Shown here one piece after another: positions 26,701-37,227 of a stretch of 64,000 bases of DNA. Location: NCBI GenBank assembly GCA_964016885.1, contig OZ024743.1:46128001-46192000 (forward strand), in the 5' to 3' direction. This DNA comes from Eledone cirrhosa (taxonomy: Eukaryota). Within the stretch, counting starts at the first letter, position 1. Every line of letters starts with the position of its first letter. Position numbers and translations under genes: made by a program. The notes under the pieces were generated by a model. It had not been told where the DNA came from, ran no database searches, and saw nothing but the letters and a program-made list of their open reading frames with translations.

Positions 26701-27740
26701 TGAGTGGTGACTTTAGCCGATGCATAATAGAGATGATTTAAGTCAGTAATGTTTAGTTTGTTTGTGATGATAATGTTTTTGAGAATTATGTTAGTCTTGT
26801 GTATTATCTTTTGGTTCTGTTTGGAGTTCTGGATCTTAGGGAGGGTGTCTCGTTCCCCCATGTCAGATTCTTTCATTTTCATCCATTCGATCATAATTTC
26901 ATCCTTCAAGTTGGCAAGTTCATTCTCATTCATTTCTTTATCATTTACGATCTCATTATTTTCATTTGGAGTTTCATCCTGAGCATGCACTCCCTCCACT
27001 TTTTCGCTCCTTTCTTTAATTTGTTCTGTTGCCAGTGATTCCGCTCCAACTCTGGGATTCGAAGTGTTACAGTTTACCTCGTTTTCACTGACACATGCTT
27101 CATTTTCCCTTCGCTGACTTTGTGCTACTAGCTTGATCTGATCAATTTCTATATCAGTTAGTAACTTTTTTCTTACAATATTTCTTCGTATATTGGCTAG
27201 TTTGTTACTGTCAATATAGCCTCTGTTTTCGGGATGTTTCTTTTTCCAGTTGATATATGTTTGCTCTGTATTCGATGTATTTGATGGGTAGTACATGGCA
27301 GTGTAGAAAGCCTCAAGGACTTCTTTATTATCTTCCCTTGACCATTTTTCTCTCTTTTTCTTTGGATTTCTTGGTGGCGAGCATGGAGGGCCAACAGTAG
27401 GAGTATTCCGGTTATGGGAGGTCTCCAGCTCCGAAGTGATGGGAAGGTTTGAACCATTAGCTGATTTTTCGACCCCAGTCTGGTTCCTCTCTGAGGGACG
27501 CGGCCCTTTTTTACCCGGGTGACGGCCGATCCGGTATGAGATTTCATCATTAGACATCTACTTTATTTTGTCGCGTTTTATCCTTATCCGCCAAGGGGTA
27601 ATCTTTTCGTGTTACCACTTCTAGAACGAGTGTCAACCAAGACTAGAGGGGTCGTTCTCCCCTAGAGACATGGCTATTCCCCGCCGGCCGCCATCCCGGT
27701 ATTTCTTGGTCACGGGGTTTTCTTTTTGTTGTTTTTTTTA
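23763..27740 (-). mobile_element. R4/Dong-like RLE non-LTR retrotransposon, full length, 3' end in (TAA)n
   Basis: Single ORF plus short UTRs; 3' end abuts the (ATT)n tail of the Tx1 copy. Confidence 0.88.
23907..27557 (-). CDS. 1216-aa RT + CCHC + restriction-like endonuclease protein (R4/Dong clade), uninterrupted
   Basis: KSPGKD, NYRPITCL, IDYKKAFDS, GIFQGDSLSPLLF, FYMDDLK, CRVCKKQPETIDHIISMC, RHD, NRPDIILKD...LIDMSVP...EKLSKY. Confidence 0.93.
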   Translation of the reverse strand: MSNDEISYRIGRHPGKKGPRPSERNQTGVEKSANGSNLPITSELETSHNRNTPTVGPPCSPPRNPKKKREKWSREDNKEVLEAFYTAMYYPSNTSNTEQTYINWKKKHPENRGYIDSNKLANIRRNIVRKKLLTDIEIDQIKLVAQSQRRENEACVSENEVNCNTSNPRVGAESLATEQIKERSEKVEGVHAQDETPNENNEIVNDKEMNENELANLKDEIMIEWMKMKESDMGERDTLPKIQNSKQNQKIIHKTNIILKNIIITNKLNITDLNHLYYASAKVTTHLCGVKMKKQRNSHKKSTWQDNINRQINLLRSDIEILTNYKVGEHVKQTKLRKLKKKYSIRSTCDIDMLIETIKQKVSAIAARIRRFEKRSRFYKDNNMFKNNQRNFYRKIGKSTITAKSIPPKEEVQEFWEKIWAEEKVHNIHAPWLDRQMKETAHLEEQTWENITVEQLRLALRKTSKWKSPGKDKIQNFWINAFTESHELLAQLYNEIVKEPEKIPSWLVNGITFLLPKNDETNNPKNYRPITCLTTMYKILTSVLTEYTYDHLITNDLFPIEQKGCKRGSYGCKDQLLVNKMILEDCHNRHKNLSIAWIDYKKAFDSLPHSWIEKCLEIFKISPVIRRFLSFSMRTWRTTLLLNSETKSLEAGEVNINCGIFQGDSLSPLLFCIALIPLSKMLNETKHGYRVYDKTINHLFYMDDLKLFAKNDEQLQGLLSTVKQFSDDIKMEFGLDKCAKATFTRGKLLKSSDINLDRGNVIRELDQEQTYKYLGVCEGDGIKHSTMRERIRKECYRRVRAILRTELNARNRIDAINTLAIPVVTYSYNVINWSSTEIRRLDTKIRKFLTMHRMHHPKADIDRIYLPRKEGGRGLIQLDIALKTATIGLSTYLRESHDWMIKLVFKHESTKRSYSITKDAQRYSNGLQISEVPFTAEMENTEKAKQVKVTAKKELLQKLAKKWQEKPLYGKYPERANNPDVDKTLTHQWLASSGLKSETEGLIISAQDQCLPTKNYQANIIKNGCSPLCRVCKKQPETIDHIISMCSPIAPTEYLNRHDRAAQYIHWIMCKHFDLPHQKNWWEHQPPPILEKDHISILWNFSIQTDRKIDANRPDIILKDFQRRVCLLIDMSVPIDKNVSIKTFEKLSKYKDLEIEIVKMWKLRTKTIPVVVGALGMIPKGSNDYLSQIPGNPRIGEIQKIVLMGTAHILRKILSI

Positions 27741-28643
27741 AATTGTTATTATCATGAGTGGTTCCTTAATGTGAGCATTGCGTGGCTTAAGAATGAAATT
27801 ATTAATAATTGTCTCCACTCCAGGCACAAGGCCAGCAATCACCCAGTGCATTACAATAATATAATATACTTTTTGTTGTAGTTGGCTGTTATTGCTGCTG
27901 GCTATGTCGGTGGTGGTGCCGGGGCTTTTTATATTGTTGGTGAGGAAGGGGTGAGCCAGCAGTCCCATAATTGTTGATGTAGACGTTTGTCCGTGGCAAG
28001 GTCACCAAGTCAATCTATTTATATCTTTTGCTAGCCTCTCTCTTGTCTAGTGCTACCACCACCTTCCCTTTTCTCTCTCAAGTTAACAGGGGAATAGTGT
28101 CAGTAGCATTGAATGAGTGGTGGCGGCGATGATGGATGTGGTGGGGTGGTGGCAGCGGTGGTGTTGTGGTTACTGATATAGTATCTATGAGTTTGTGTTC
28201 GTATGTTTAATATATATTTTCATTATATTTTGTGTTGACATATTCCCGTAAAATTTGAATTAAACATTTTTTAAAATTTGAGACAATAATAATAGTAATT
28301 ATTATTATGATGCCGGTGAAGTTTCCGTTATATTTAGTGTGATGGGATAGGTAGTGTATCAAGTTTCTGGTGTTGGTGAAATTGAAATTGCCGCTGTTCT
28401 ATATAGTGTAGACAGAGGGTGTTTTGTTCCATTTATAACCATTTTCTTTTTTTTAATACAAAATATATAACACAAAATTGAATATTTGAGCGATACAACA
28501 ATATAATATGGATCCGAAACTTTATGGGACCTCATTCGGTGCCTTTATGCAACATTTGTGCTAAGAATTGTTCTTTCACAATTGATTTAAATATGTTAAA
28601 AATCAAAAAACTTACGGGAGCAATTTCGTGACGTTCTACCACC

Positions 28644-28695
<52 letters not shown>

Positions 28696-31600
28696 GGCGA
28701 CCTACGTAGTAAATCGTATCATCGTGAGCTCCGCAAAGGTTTGTTATTTTCAGTTGTTTAAAATTGCCATTCATGGAAAATGTTTATTGTTAACTGTACA
28801 TAAGAGCACATACATTGTTATCTGAAAAGGACACCCCAAAAAATAAATTAACTCGTGATATCGAAATGAATTCAACCAAAATGAACTCTTCCACATCGAA
28901 CACCACTGACGCCACCACCACCACAACTGAAACTAAAATTAATAATAACAAAAATAACGATAACAACAACAGCAACAATGACATTAAGAAAACCAGCTTG
29001 AGTTTTGCTAGAGTAGCAAAACAGTGCGAAGCATTTCAGGTAACTCAGGAGGAATTAGAAGCCAAAAAATTAGTAAAGAAAGATGGGTACAGGGTCAGTC
29101 TCACCCCCACCCCCACACACCTAATAAAATGGAGCATCGGCGCCTATGCGCCGTGTCTTATCGAACAATTAATATAAAATCGCGCCGAGTGGAACGGGCA
29201 TCCGAGTCCCAAATCCAAAAAGCTTTGGGACATGTGTGGGCAAAAAAAACCCACATCAGACGTGGGCAGAAGTATGGAACCGTGGACGTGTTCTTTGAAA
29301 CACTACAGGAGGCTAGAGAACACTCCGTGGCCCCATTAAGAAGTGACGACTTCACACACGTCCCAAGCTATTGTGGCCAGAGACTCGTAAAGATCAAGGT
29401 CACCCACGTTCCACCGGCCATCGAAATTCCCTGGCTAATAGCTGCCGTCCTCGCCGGCATCGGAGCCAACACTAAGCTAATCGAAATAGCGAAAGAAAAG
29501 CAGGAGAACTGGTCCGGATCTGGGATGGAGCTCCTGATCCAAGCGGACCAAAAAAGCATTGAAGAGATCCCAGAGGTAATAGACCTCACTGACGGCAGCC
29601 ACCACACCGTAATTGTCGAGGGCAGAAGGCCTAGGTGTGTCGTTTGTGGTTAAGGAACCCACCTAATGGCTTTCTGCCCTCAGGCTAAAAGGTTGAGGCC
29701 ACCTCTCCTACCCACCCCAGTGACTCAACCATCAACACCACCAGCAGCAGAGATGGCAGCAACAACTGTAGCAGCAACAACAGAAGCAACTGTAACAGCA
29801 ACAACCCCAGCAACAGTAGAAAAACCAACACCACCACCACCCAACGCGCCAGAACTAGCACCAGCGCCTACACCATCCACCACGCCACAACCAAAACTAA
29901 AGCCTGTGGAGGATTTTCCAGTACCCGGCCTATCACAACTGGAGACAGATTGCGACGACGAGGAGTGGGAAACGATATCCGGAAAAAAAAAAATTCTCTC
30001 CCTTCCCCCTCCAAAAACAATATACAGAGGGAAACAAATAAACTATCAAACAAAAAATTTAGGACAGATATGCCACCATCCACACCAGTATCACCAACCC
30101 CATCAACCCAAACACCAACACCATCACCATCATTAACTCCAACACCACCATCACCTACACCACAAAAGTCACCAAAAAGCGAAACAGAAACAAACCCACA
30201 ACAAACGCAAACAAAACAAAACAACCAAATCAATACACACTACACAGCATTAAATTTGAACAACAACCAATTATTACACTACATCCAACACAACACCAGC
30301 ATCACAGAAAAAGACTACACAACAACCCAAAAGTTCACACGACCTCCACACATACAAATCACTCGCATCACACAGAAAACGTACATGACACTAAAACAAA
30401 AATTCCCCAAAGACATCGGAGACTTCCGACAAGCACTCTCCGGGAGGATTTATAAGGACATCCTTCCTGAGGAGGCCACAAGCAGTGAAAAGGATGAAGA
30501 AACCGTCCTTCCTTTACGAGAAGTAAGGTAAGTGGTCTTTCCCATCTTTTCCACTCCATTTCAACATGACCTCACTCAGAATAGGCAGCATAAATGCGCG
30601 TGGTTTGGGGTCGTCATGGAAGCAGGGCCACCTGCTCAACGACTTCAGGTCACTAAACATAGATGTAGTGGCTATCAGCGAGACCAGAATCTCCGAAGCA
30701 CGGGCCTTCGCACCGATCTTCGGCGGCTACGATGTGTACGCATCTCCCAGCCGCCCGGGATCTTGGGAGGAGTTGCTGTGCTTTTTCGGAGAGGTTTGGA
30801 TCTCGCCATACGGGCCATCTTCCTGGACCCAGAAGGTAAGTTGGTAGTTCTGGACGTGATCAGCGGAGACGGGCAAGCTTTCAGGCTAGTGGCCGTCTAT
30901 GCCCCGACAGGAGCAGGGCGGCCTGATTTCTTCCGGCGTCTGGAGACCTTTCTTGGAACGTCCCGCTCTTTAGTGTTAGTGGGCGACTGGAACGGGATCT
31001 TAGATGCACGCTGGGACTGTGTGGGATTAGCGGATAGGGGAGGAGGGCGCAAGAGTCTCACCAACCTGCTCAGGCGTTTTGAACTGTCTGACAGGTACCG
31101 ATTGGATTTCCCGAATGTGCCAATGTGGACTTGGACAAATCGCATAGGGTCATCCAGATCATATCTAGATAGAGTATTTTGTAGGGAAATAGATAGGTCT
31201 AGCATAGGCTGTCCACAATTCAAGATAGTCAGCTACACGGACCACAAATTCGTGATCTGTGTGGTTGACTTAGATAGGCTTCATAGACGAAGACCCGGCT
31301 ACTGGAAGCTAAACGCGTCCTTACCAGCGCGCAAGGCCTACAGAGACCGGATTAGCGAACTAATTAAGCGGGCGTTGACGGGGGCCATCGTCAACAACAA
31401 GTGGTGGTTTGCTCTGAAAAGAGCAATTAGAATAGAGTCCATTAGGTTTAGTAAGGCTTTAGCAATAGAGAAAAATAGAGCAGAGGGAGAACTAGTTAGA
31501 AAATTAGACGAGGCGCTTAGCAAAGGCATCGCGACTGACGTACTTGCGGCGAAATTGGCCCTTGACCAATTCTTCAATGCAAAGCACGAAGGCTGCGTTG

Positions 31601-34227
31601 TTTGAGCTAGGGTGCGTGCTCTCAGACACTAGGGGACGAAAGCCGCTCAATGGGCCCGAGTGGCGGAGGCGCGTCTTGGCAACAAAGCGACGATCCGGTC
31701 TTTGGTGGACCACCACGGGCGCATGCTACTCGATCCCGGGCAAATGTGTGAAGCTTTTCAGCGACACTTCGCTCAACTGTTCGAAGGCAACGGCGGGCCG
31801 GATCGAGAGATGGACTTTAGTGTCTACCTCGACGGACTGCCGCGGCTCTCGGCCACTGAGGTGGAGTGTTGCGAAAAGCCGATAACAGCCGCTGAAGTAC
31901 GGGAGGAAATGACTAGCTGCAAAAGGGGTAAATCGCCTGGTTTGGATGGTCTGCCCTATGAACTTTACGTACAGATGCCAGACTTGTTCGGAGGCCTCTT
32001 GGCAGACGTCTACTGCAACTGGCAACAGAACGGGAGAATTCCCAGCTCTGTGAGCTGAGGAGCGGTGGCGCTGCTGAGAAAGGATCCGAACAAGGGAGAT
32101 ATCATAGATAACTTTAGGCCCATAACTCTGCTAAACACAGAGTTCAAGATTTTGGCCAAGGTACTAGCAAAGAGGTTGGCACTTGTCGTTGGTGGTCTGG
32201 TGGGAGAGGCGTAGACATGCGCCATTCCCGACAGATCCATCCACGACAACCTCCACCTCATGCGATACATCGTAGAGAGGTAGCTAGGGAACCTGGCACG
32301 GGTGGGTCCTTGATCAATTTAGATCAGTCGAAAGCTTTCGATAGGGTCGACCATCGTTACCTAGCGGCAGTCCTGAGGGCGGCTGGCTTTGGGCCCGTCT
32401 TCAGAGGCTGGATCGCTGCCATGCACAGCGACATCTGCTCTGTGGTGAGAGTGAACGGTCACCTTTCGGAACCGTTCAACATCATGCGCTCGGTCCGCCA
32501 AGGATGTCCCCTCTCGTCCCTCTTGTACGTATTGACTCTCGAGCCATTACTGCACAAACTGGAGACGTTGAGGGGCGTCCCGCGCGAACTAGGATGCGGA
32601 AGATCCGTGTCAGCATATGCGGACGATGTCACCGTAGTGGTGTCGAACGCCAAACACATCGAGGCGATCGGCACTACACTAAGAGAATACGAAGCGGTGA
32701 CAGGAGCAATGATCAACCAGGAAAAGTCAGTGGGCCTGCAGCTCGGCACCTGGAGAGGCAGGTCCATGCCGTCCAACAGCGTCGTCGGACGCTGGGCGGA
32801 CGGACCGGTTAAATTGCTAGAGGTCTGGTTCGGTCCGGACCTCCAGACGGACAAAAACTGGGACGAGGTGACGAGCAGGGTGGCTTCTCTCACCCAGAAA
32901 TGGGCGGAGAGGAAGCTATCCCTGAAAGGTCGAGCGGAGGTGGCTAACGCGTACATCGCGTCCGTCATCTACTACCGCCTGACCGTCGTACCTTGTCCTA
33001 AGCCCCGCCTGACTGCGCTGGAGCGTTTGCTCTTTCGCTTTTTGTGGAAGGGACGCGCTCCGATGGTCAGGCGGTCCATCTGCTGTCAACACCCGCTACG
33101 TGGAGGGCTGGGCATGCCGTGGCTGACGATGCGCAGACACGCGCTCAGGCTACGACATCTCCACCTCTTCCTCGACGGTGATCAGGTGTGGTCGCCGTTT
33201 GCTAGACACGTCTTTCCCCAGCTCGTCTCCTTGACGGAGCTGCAGTCCTGGGTCAAGCGAAGACCGAGTGGGAGCGCTTGGAGACTGGAATGTCTTGAGG
33301 CGCTCACAGCCCTCGACCAATCGGGCAATGTGATCGGTGGAAACTCCACCTTGGCGTTCTATAGAGGATTAGTGGAGGGGAAGAGCGACGACGTACTTGG
33401 AGAAACTCTAGGCGTCGACGAAAATCAACTAGCCAATCTCTTCGGACGGACTTTCGGGCCGGGGCCTATGGACAACTTCCAGAAATCCCTGGCGTGGCAG
33501 TGCTACCGGGGAGCTTTGCCAGTTCGGGATAAACTCTACAGGCATGGAGGTGCCGTCAACCGGGCATGTCCGAGATGCGCGCAGGGCGACGAAACCGTCC
33601 TGCACGCACTCGTCCAGTGTCCGAGCATTGCTGACTTGTGGGTTTATGTCGAACACCTGCTGTCACGTGTAGGACGGATCCAGCTATCAGCTGAGTCCAT
33701 CGTGAGGATTGCCCCGCCCTCTTCCTTTAGCCGGGAAGGGCAGGCAGTTTTTATCTGTCTGGTGGCAATGGCGAAAGAGATAGTATGGTGGACACGTTTG
33801 AAAGGGCTGAAGACGAGCACTTACCTCTTCGGTGATGCCCTGATTAACTTTTTCAAATTTCATTTGAAAAGGAAAATCAGGGTAGAGAGGGAAGTGCTCT
33901 CTTCCCAGCATTTTGTTGAAAGATGGGTGAGAGAAGCAAGTATGGCCCGAGTGAATGGGCCTACTCTGAGTATGTGTCTGTAAATTAAAGGTGGAAAACT
34001 GGGAGAGGGCACTTGCGCTGGTGGTCAGGGCCACTGTGGTCTCATAATGGGCTTTCTCCACAAATGTCCCTCGGAAGTCTCCCCCCTATTGGGGAATTTT
34101 TCTTTGTTATTTTATTACATCCTCTGTTTTTTTTACACGCAGAAATGCCCATTTGTACCGTCCTGTATTGTCCTGTACTGTCCTTAATGTTTACTTTATG
34201 TAAACCCTTGTGGTTAATAAAGAAAAC
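28696..34227 (+). mobile_element. Tx1-like LINE, family A copy 2, multiply disrupted, ~330-bp deletion near the 5' end
   Basis: Same GGCGACCTAC start after (ATT)n 28644-28695; ORF2 30566-33983 with stops and frameshifts; (ATT)n tail 34228-34246. Confidence 0.92.
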
Positions 34228-34246
34228 ATTATTATTATTATTATTA

Positions 34247-34848
34247 CAGTTGCATTTATCTTGCTTTATGTTCATACGAGTTATCACCAAGTCACAACCA
34301 GTGACCTCAAGAGACAACAAGGTCCGGCTAAAGGAAGAGAGCGGGGCAATCCTCACGATGGACTCAGCTGATAGCTGGATCCGTCCTATACGTGACAGCA
34401 GGTGTTCGACATAAACCCACATGTTTAAGAAAGAACATACATACTCACACATGCATCTTTAGTGTTTAGACTTGTGATGTACTTATATTGACAGAATCTT
34501 CCTTAGTATATGGGCAGTTCCCATTAGTACTATCTTTTGTATTTCTCCTATACGCGGGTTTCCTGGGATTTGCGATAAGTAATCATTAGACCCCTTAGGT
34601 ATCATTCCCAGAGCGCCTACAACCACTGGTATTGTTTTAGTTCTCAATTTCCACATTTTTCCAATTTCTATCTCCAGGTCCTTATACTTGCTCAATTTTT
34701 CAAATGTTTTTATAGATACATTCTTGTCTATTGGAACAGACATATCAATTAGCAGGCATACCCTCTTTTTGAAGTCCTTCAATATTATATCAGGTCTATT
34801 TGCATCTATTTTTCGGTCTGTTTGGATGCTAAAGTTCCACAAGATTGA
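34247..34848 (-). mobile_element. 5'-truncated R4/Dong-like copy between (ATT)n tracts, carrying a 98-nt foreign insert
   Basis: Near-identical to 23763-24271; RLE motif NRPDIILKD. Confidence 0.9.
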
Positions 34849-35089
34849 TATTATTATTATTATTATTATTATTGAATGCCATGGTTGACGGAGGCTCGGC
34901 TCTGTAAGGTATAGTAAATTTTAACCGCTATAACAATTGTAAATTGTTTAAAACTTTAACCAAATTGTAGACAAAAACACCCTCCTCCTCGTGAGAGGGG
35001 TCTTTCTGCCCGTTATTTGGCCCTTCAGGGTTAAATAACTGCTTATTGGGGTTTTGTACCCAATATTTATTTTCAACAAAAAAATTAAC

Positions 35090-37192
35090 ATGGCTACGAA
35101 AAAGAATTTGCATAGGTCACTCCCACTCATTCCGTCTTCTTCTTCCTCAATCATCACTACAGCAGAGAGAAGATTGTCTCTCTCCCTCCCTTCTTTAAAT
35201 GTGTCTCTCTCCCTCCCTTCTCTTTCGCAAGCGACGAAAGAAAAGAAAAGTCTCGTGCAAAGCGTGCAAGGTTTCTCCACGACGACGACGACAGCGACGA
35301 AACAGGTGTGCGGGAAATACGAAAACCCAGTTCATTCGTCTGACGTCAGGAATAATAGCAGTAGCAGCCGTAATAACAACAGCAATAGTGACAATGAAAA
35401 CAACAGTAGCAGCCGCAACAGCATCACCAGCAGCATAAACAACAACAGCATTAGCAGCAGCAACACCAACAACAACCACAGCAACAGCGGCGAAGGCAGT
35501 AGTCGTAGTACCTGCAGCAACAACAAAAGTAACAGCAGCTCTGACGACAACAACAACAACAGCAGCAAAGAAAAACCAATCTCATTTGCAGGTATTGCGA
35601 AAAACTTGGAAACAATCCTCATAACAAATGAGGAATTAGAGGAAGCGAAGAAGATGGTGACAAAGAATGGACACCGAGCAATCTGCAAGGCAGCGGAACA
35701 TTTTTTCGAAACCCAACAGCACTGTACGGTCACGTACCGTACAGTAAGTACAAAATCCCGTAGGGTGGAAAGAGCCACAGAGGCCCAAATACAAAAAGCC
35801 TTGGGGTCTGTGTGGCAGCGGAAAACGCACATCACCCGAGGCAAAAAATATGCCACCGTAGATGTACTTTTTGCCACACCCCAGGAGGCAAAGGCCCAAT
35901 CCGTAGTGACCCTAAGGATCGAAGAAATGGTGTTGGTGCCCTCCTACTGCGGGCAAAAAATTGTGAGGGTCAAACTGACCCACGTCCCCGCCGGAATGGC
36001 CCCTTCTTGGCTGGCCGCGTCTGTCCTCGTCGGAATCGAGGACAAAACAACTGTACTGCAAGTACAGAAAAAAGTAAGAGAAGATTGGGTCGGCACCTCC
36101 ATTGAGATGCTAATCCAAACCAACCAGGAGTGCATCGAAGCTATCCCGGATGTGATAGACTTCGATAACGGCACTCAACTGCCCATAAGTGTTGAGGGCA
36201 AACGCCCGAAATGCTTTCGCTGTGGATCGAAGACTCACCTCAGGGCCTTCTGCAACGAGAAGACCCTGAGAAAGGAGAAAACCCCCCTCCTTCCGAAACC
36301 GGCTCCACGGCTACCAGCAACAGGACAAGCGGCAACCAGGAACGATAGGTCCGTGGCACCCATACCCACGCCACGGAAATCAAAAACAGCAGCAGCAGTG
36401 GAAATATTAACAACAACAACAGCAATACCAAATACAGCTGCAACAGAGACTCCAGTGCAAACATCACCAACAACAACAAGTGAAAGAGTGGAGCTGGTAC
36501 CCCTCCCCGACCTCACAGAATCAGACATGGAGTGTGAGGTGGGAGAGGGATGGCAAAAGGTCGTAAGAAGGCACAAACGCAGAAGCAGCGCATCGTCGCC
36601 TTTGAAAAGGGAGGAAAGAAATGAGAAAAGGGTAAAGTCTGCTGCAAAGAGACCCACAGCAGCAACACCACCAACACCATCACCACCCACGCTAGCACCA
36701 CCATCACCACCGGCGACAACCCCACCGCCAACAACACCTTCAACACCACCACCACAAGCACCAACATCGCAAACACAACAACACAACACACACACCCGGC
36801 AACAACGACAAGAAAATAGCAGAACCACACCCCACCCCCAGAAAAACAAATGCACGGCAATAAATACACACAACAAGAAACTAATGACTTACATAATTGA
36901 ACACACAGACATTTCACAACAGGACTACATAATACCAGCACCAATCAAAACGCCAACTAACATAAGACTACTAAAAATAGCACAGAAACAATACACAAAC
37001 ATTAAAACGAAATTCCCCAACGCAGTTGGTGATATCAGGGACCTAGGAGGAACTATCAATCGAAGAGTATATTCAGACATTCTCTTAGAAGAGCCGACGA
37101 CCAGCCGAAGGGACGATTCAACGGTCCCTTCACCAGACGATCAAGTGAAAAGGGATGTAAAAACCATCCCTCCTCTACGAAAAGTACGGTAA
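35090..37192 (+). CDS. Tx1 family B ORF1 (CCHC knuckle, Asn/Ser-rich N-terminus), intact from MATKK
   Basis: GKRPKCFRCGSKTHLRAFC; central domain homologous to family A ORF1; ends PLRKVR*. Confidence 0.85.
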   Translation: MATKKNLHRSLPLIPSSSSSIITTAERRLSLSLPSLNVSLSLPSLSQATKEKKSLVQSVQGFSTTTTTATKQVCGKYENPVHSSDVRNNSSSSRNNNSNSDNENNSSSRNSITSSINNNSISSSNTNNNHSNSGEGSSRSTCSNNKSNSSSDDNNNNSSKEKPISFAGIAKNLETILITNEELEEAKKMVTKNGHRAICKAAEHFFETQQHCTVTYRTVSTKSRRVERATEAQIQKALGSVWQRKTHITRGKKYATVDVLFATPQEAKAQSVVTLRIEEMVLVPSYCGQKIVRVKLTHVPAGMAPSWLAASVLVGIEDKTTVLQVQKKVREDWVGTSIEMLIQTNQECIEAIPDVIDFDNGTQLPISVEGKRPKCFRCGSKTHLRAFCNEKTLRKEKTPLLPKPAPRLPATGQAATRNDRSVAPIPTPRKSKTAAAVEILTTTTAIPNTAATETPVQTSPTTTSERVELVPLPDLTESDMECEVGEGWQKVVRRHKRRSSASSPLKREERNEKRVKSAAKRPTAATPPTPSPPTLAPPSPPATTPPPTTPSTPPPQAPTSQTQQHNTHTRQQRQENSRTTPHPQKNKCTAINTHNKKLMTYIIEHTDISQQDYIIPAPIKTPTNIRLLKIAQKQYTNIKTKFPNAVGDIRDLGGTINRRVYSDILLEEPTTSRRDDSTVPSPDDQVKRDVKTIPPLRKVR

Positions 37193-37227
37193 GTGGTCTT
37201 TCCTATCTTTTCCACTCTATTTTAAAC

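Noticed and set aside
27850-28200. G/T-rich stretch resembling antisense ORF1 low-complexity sequence
   Set aside because: No alignable match to the ORF1s in this window
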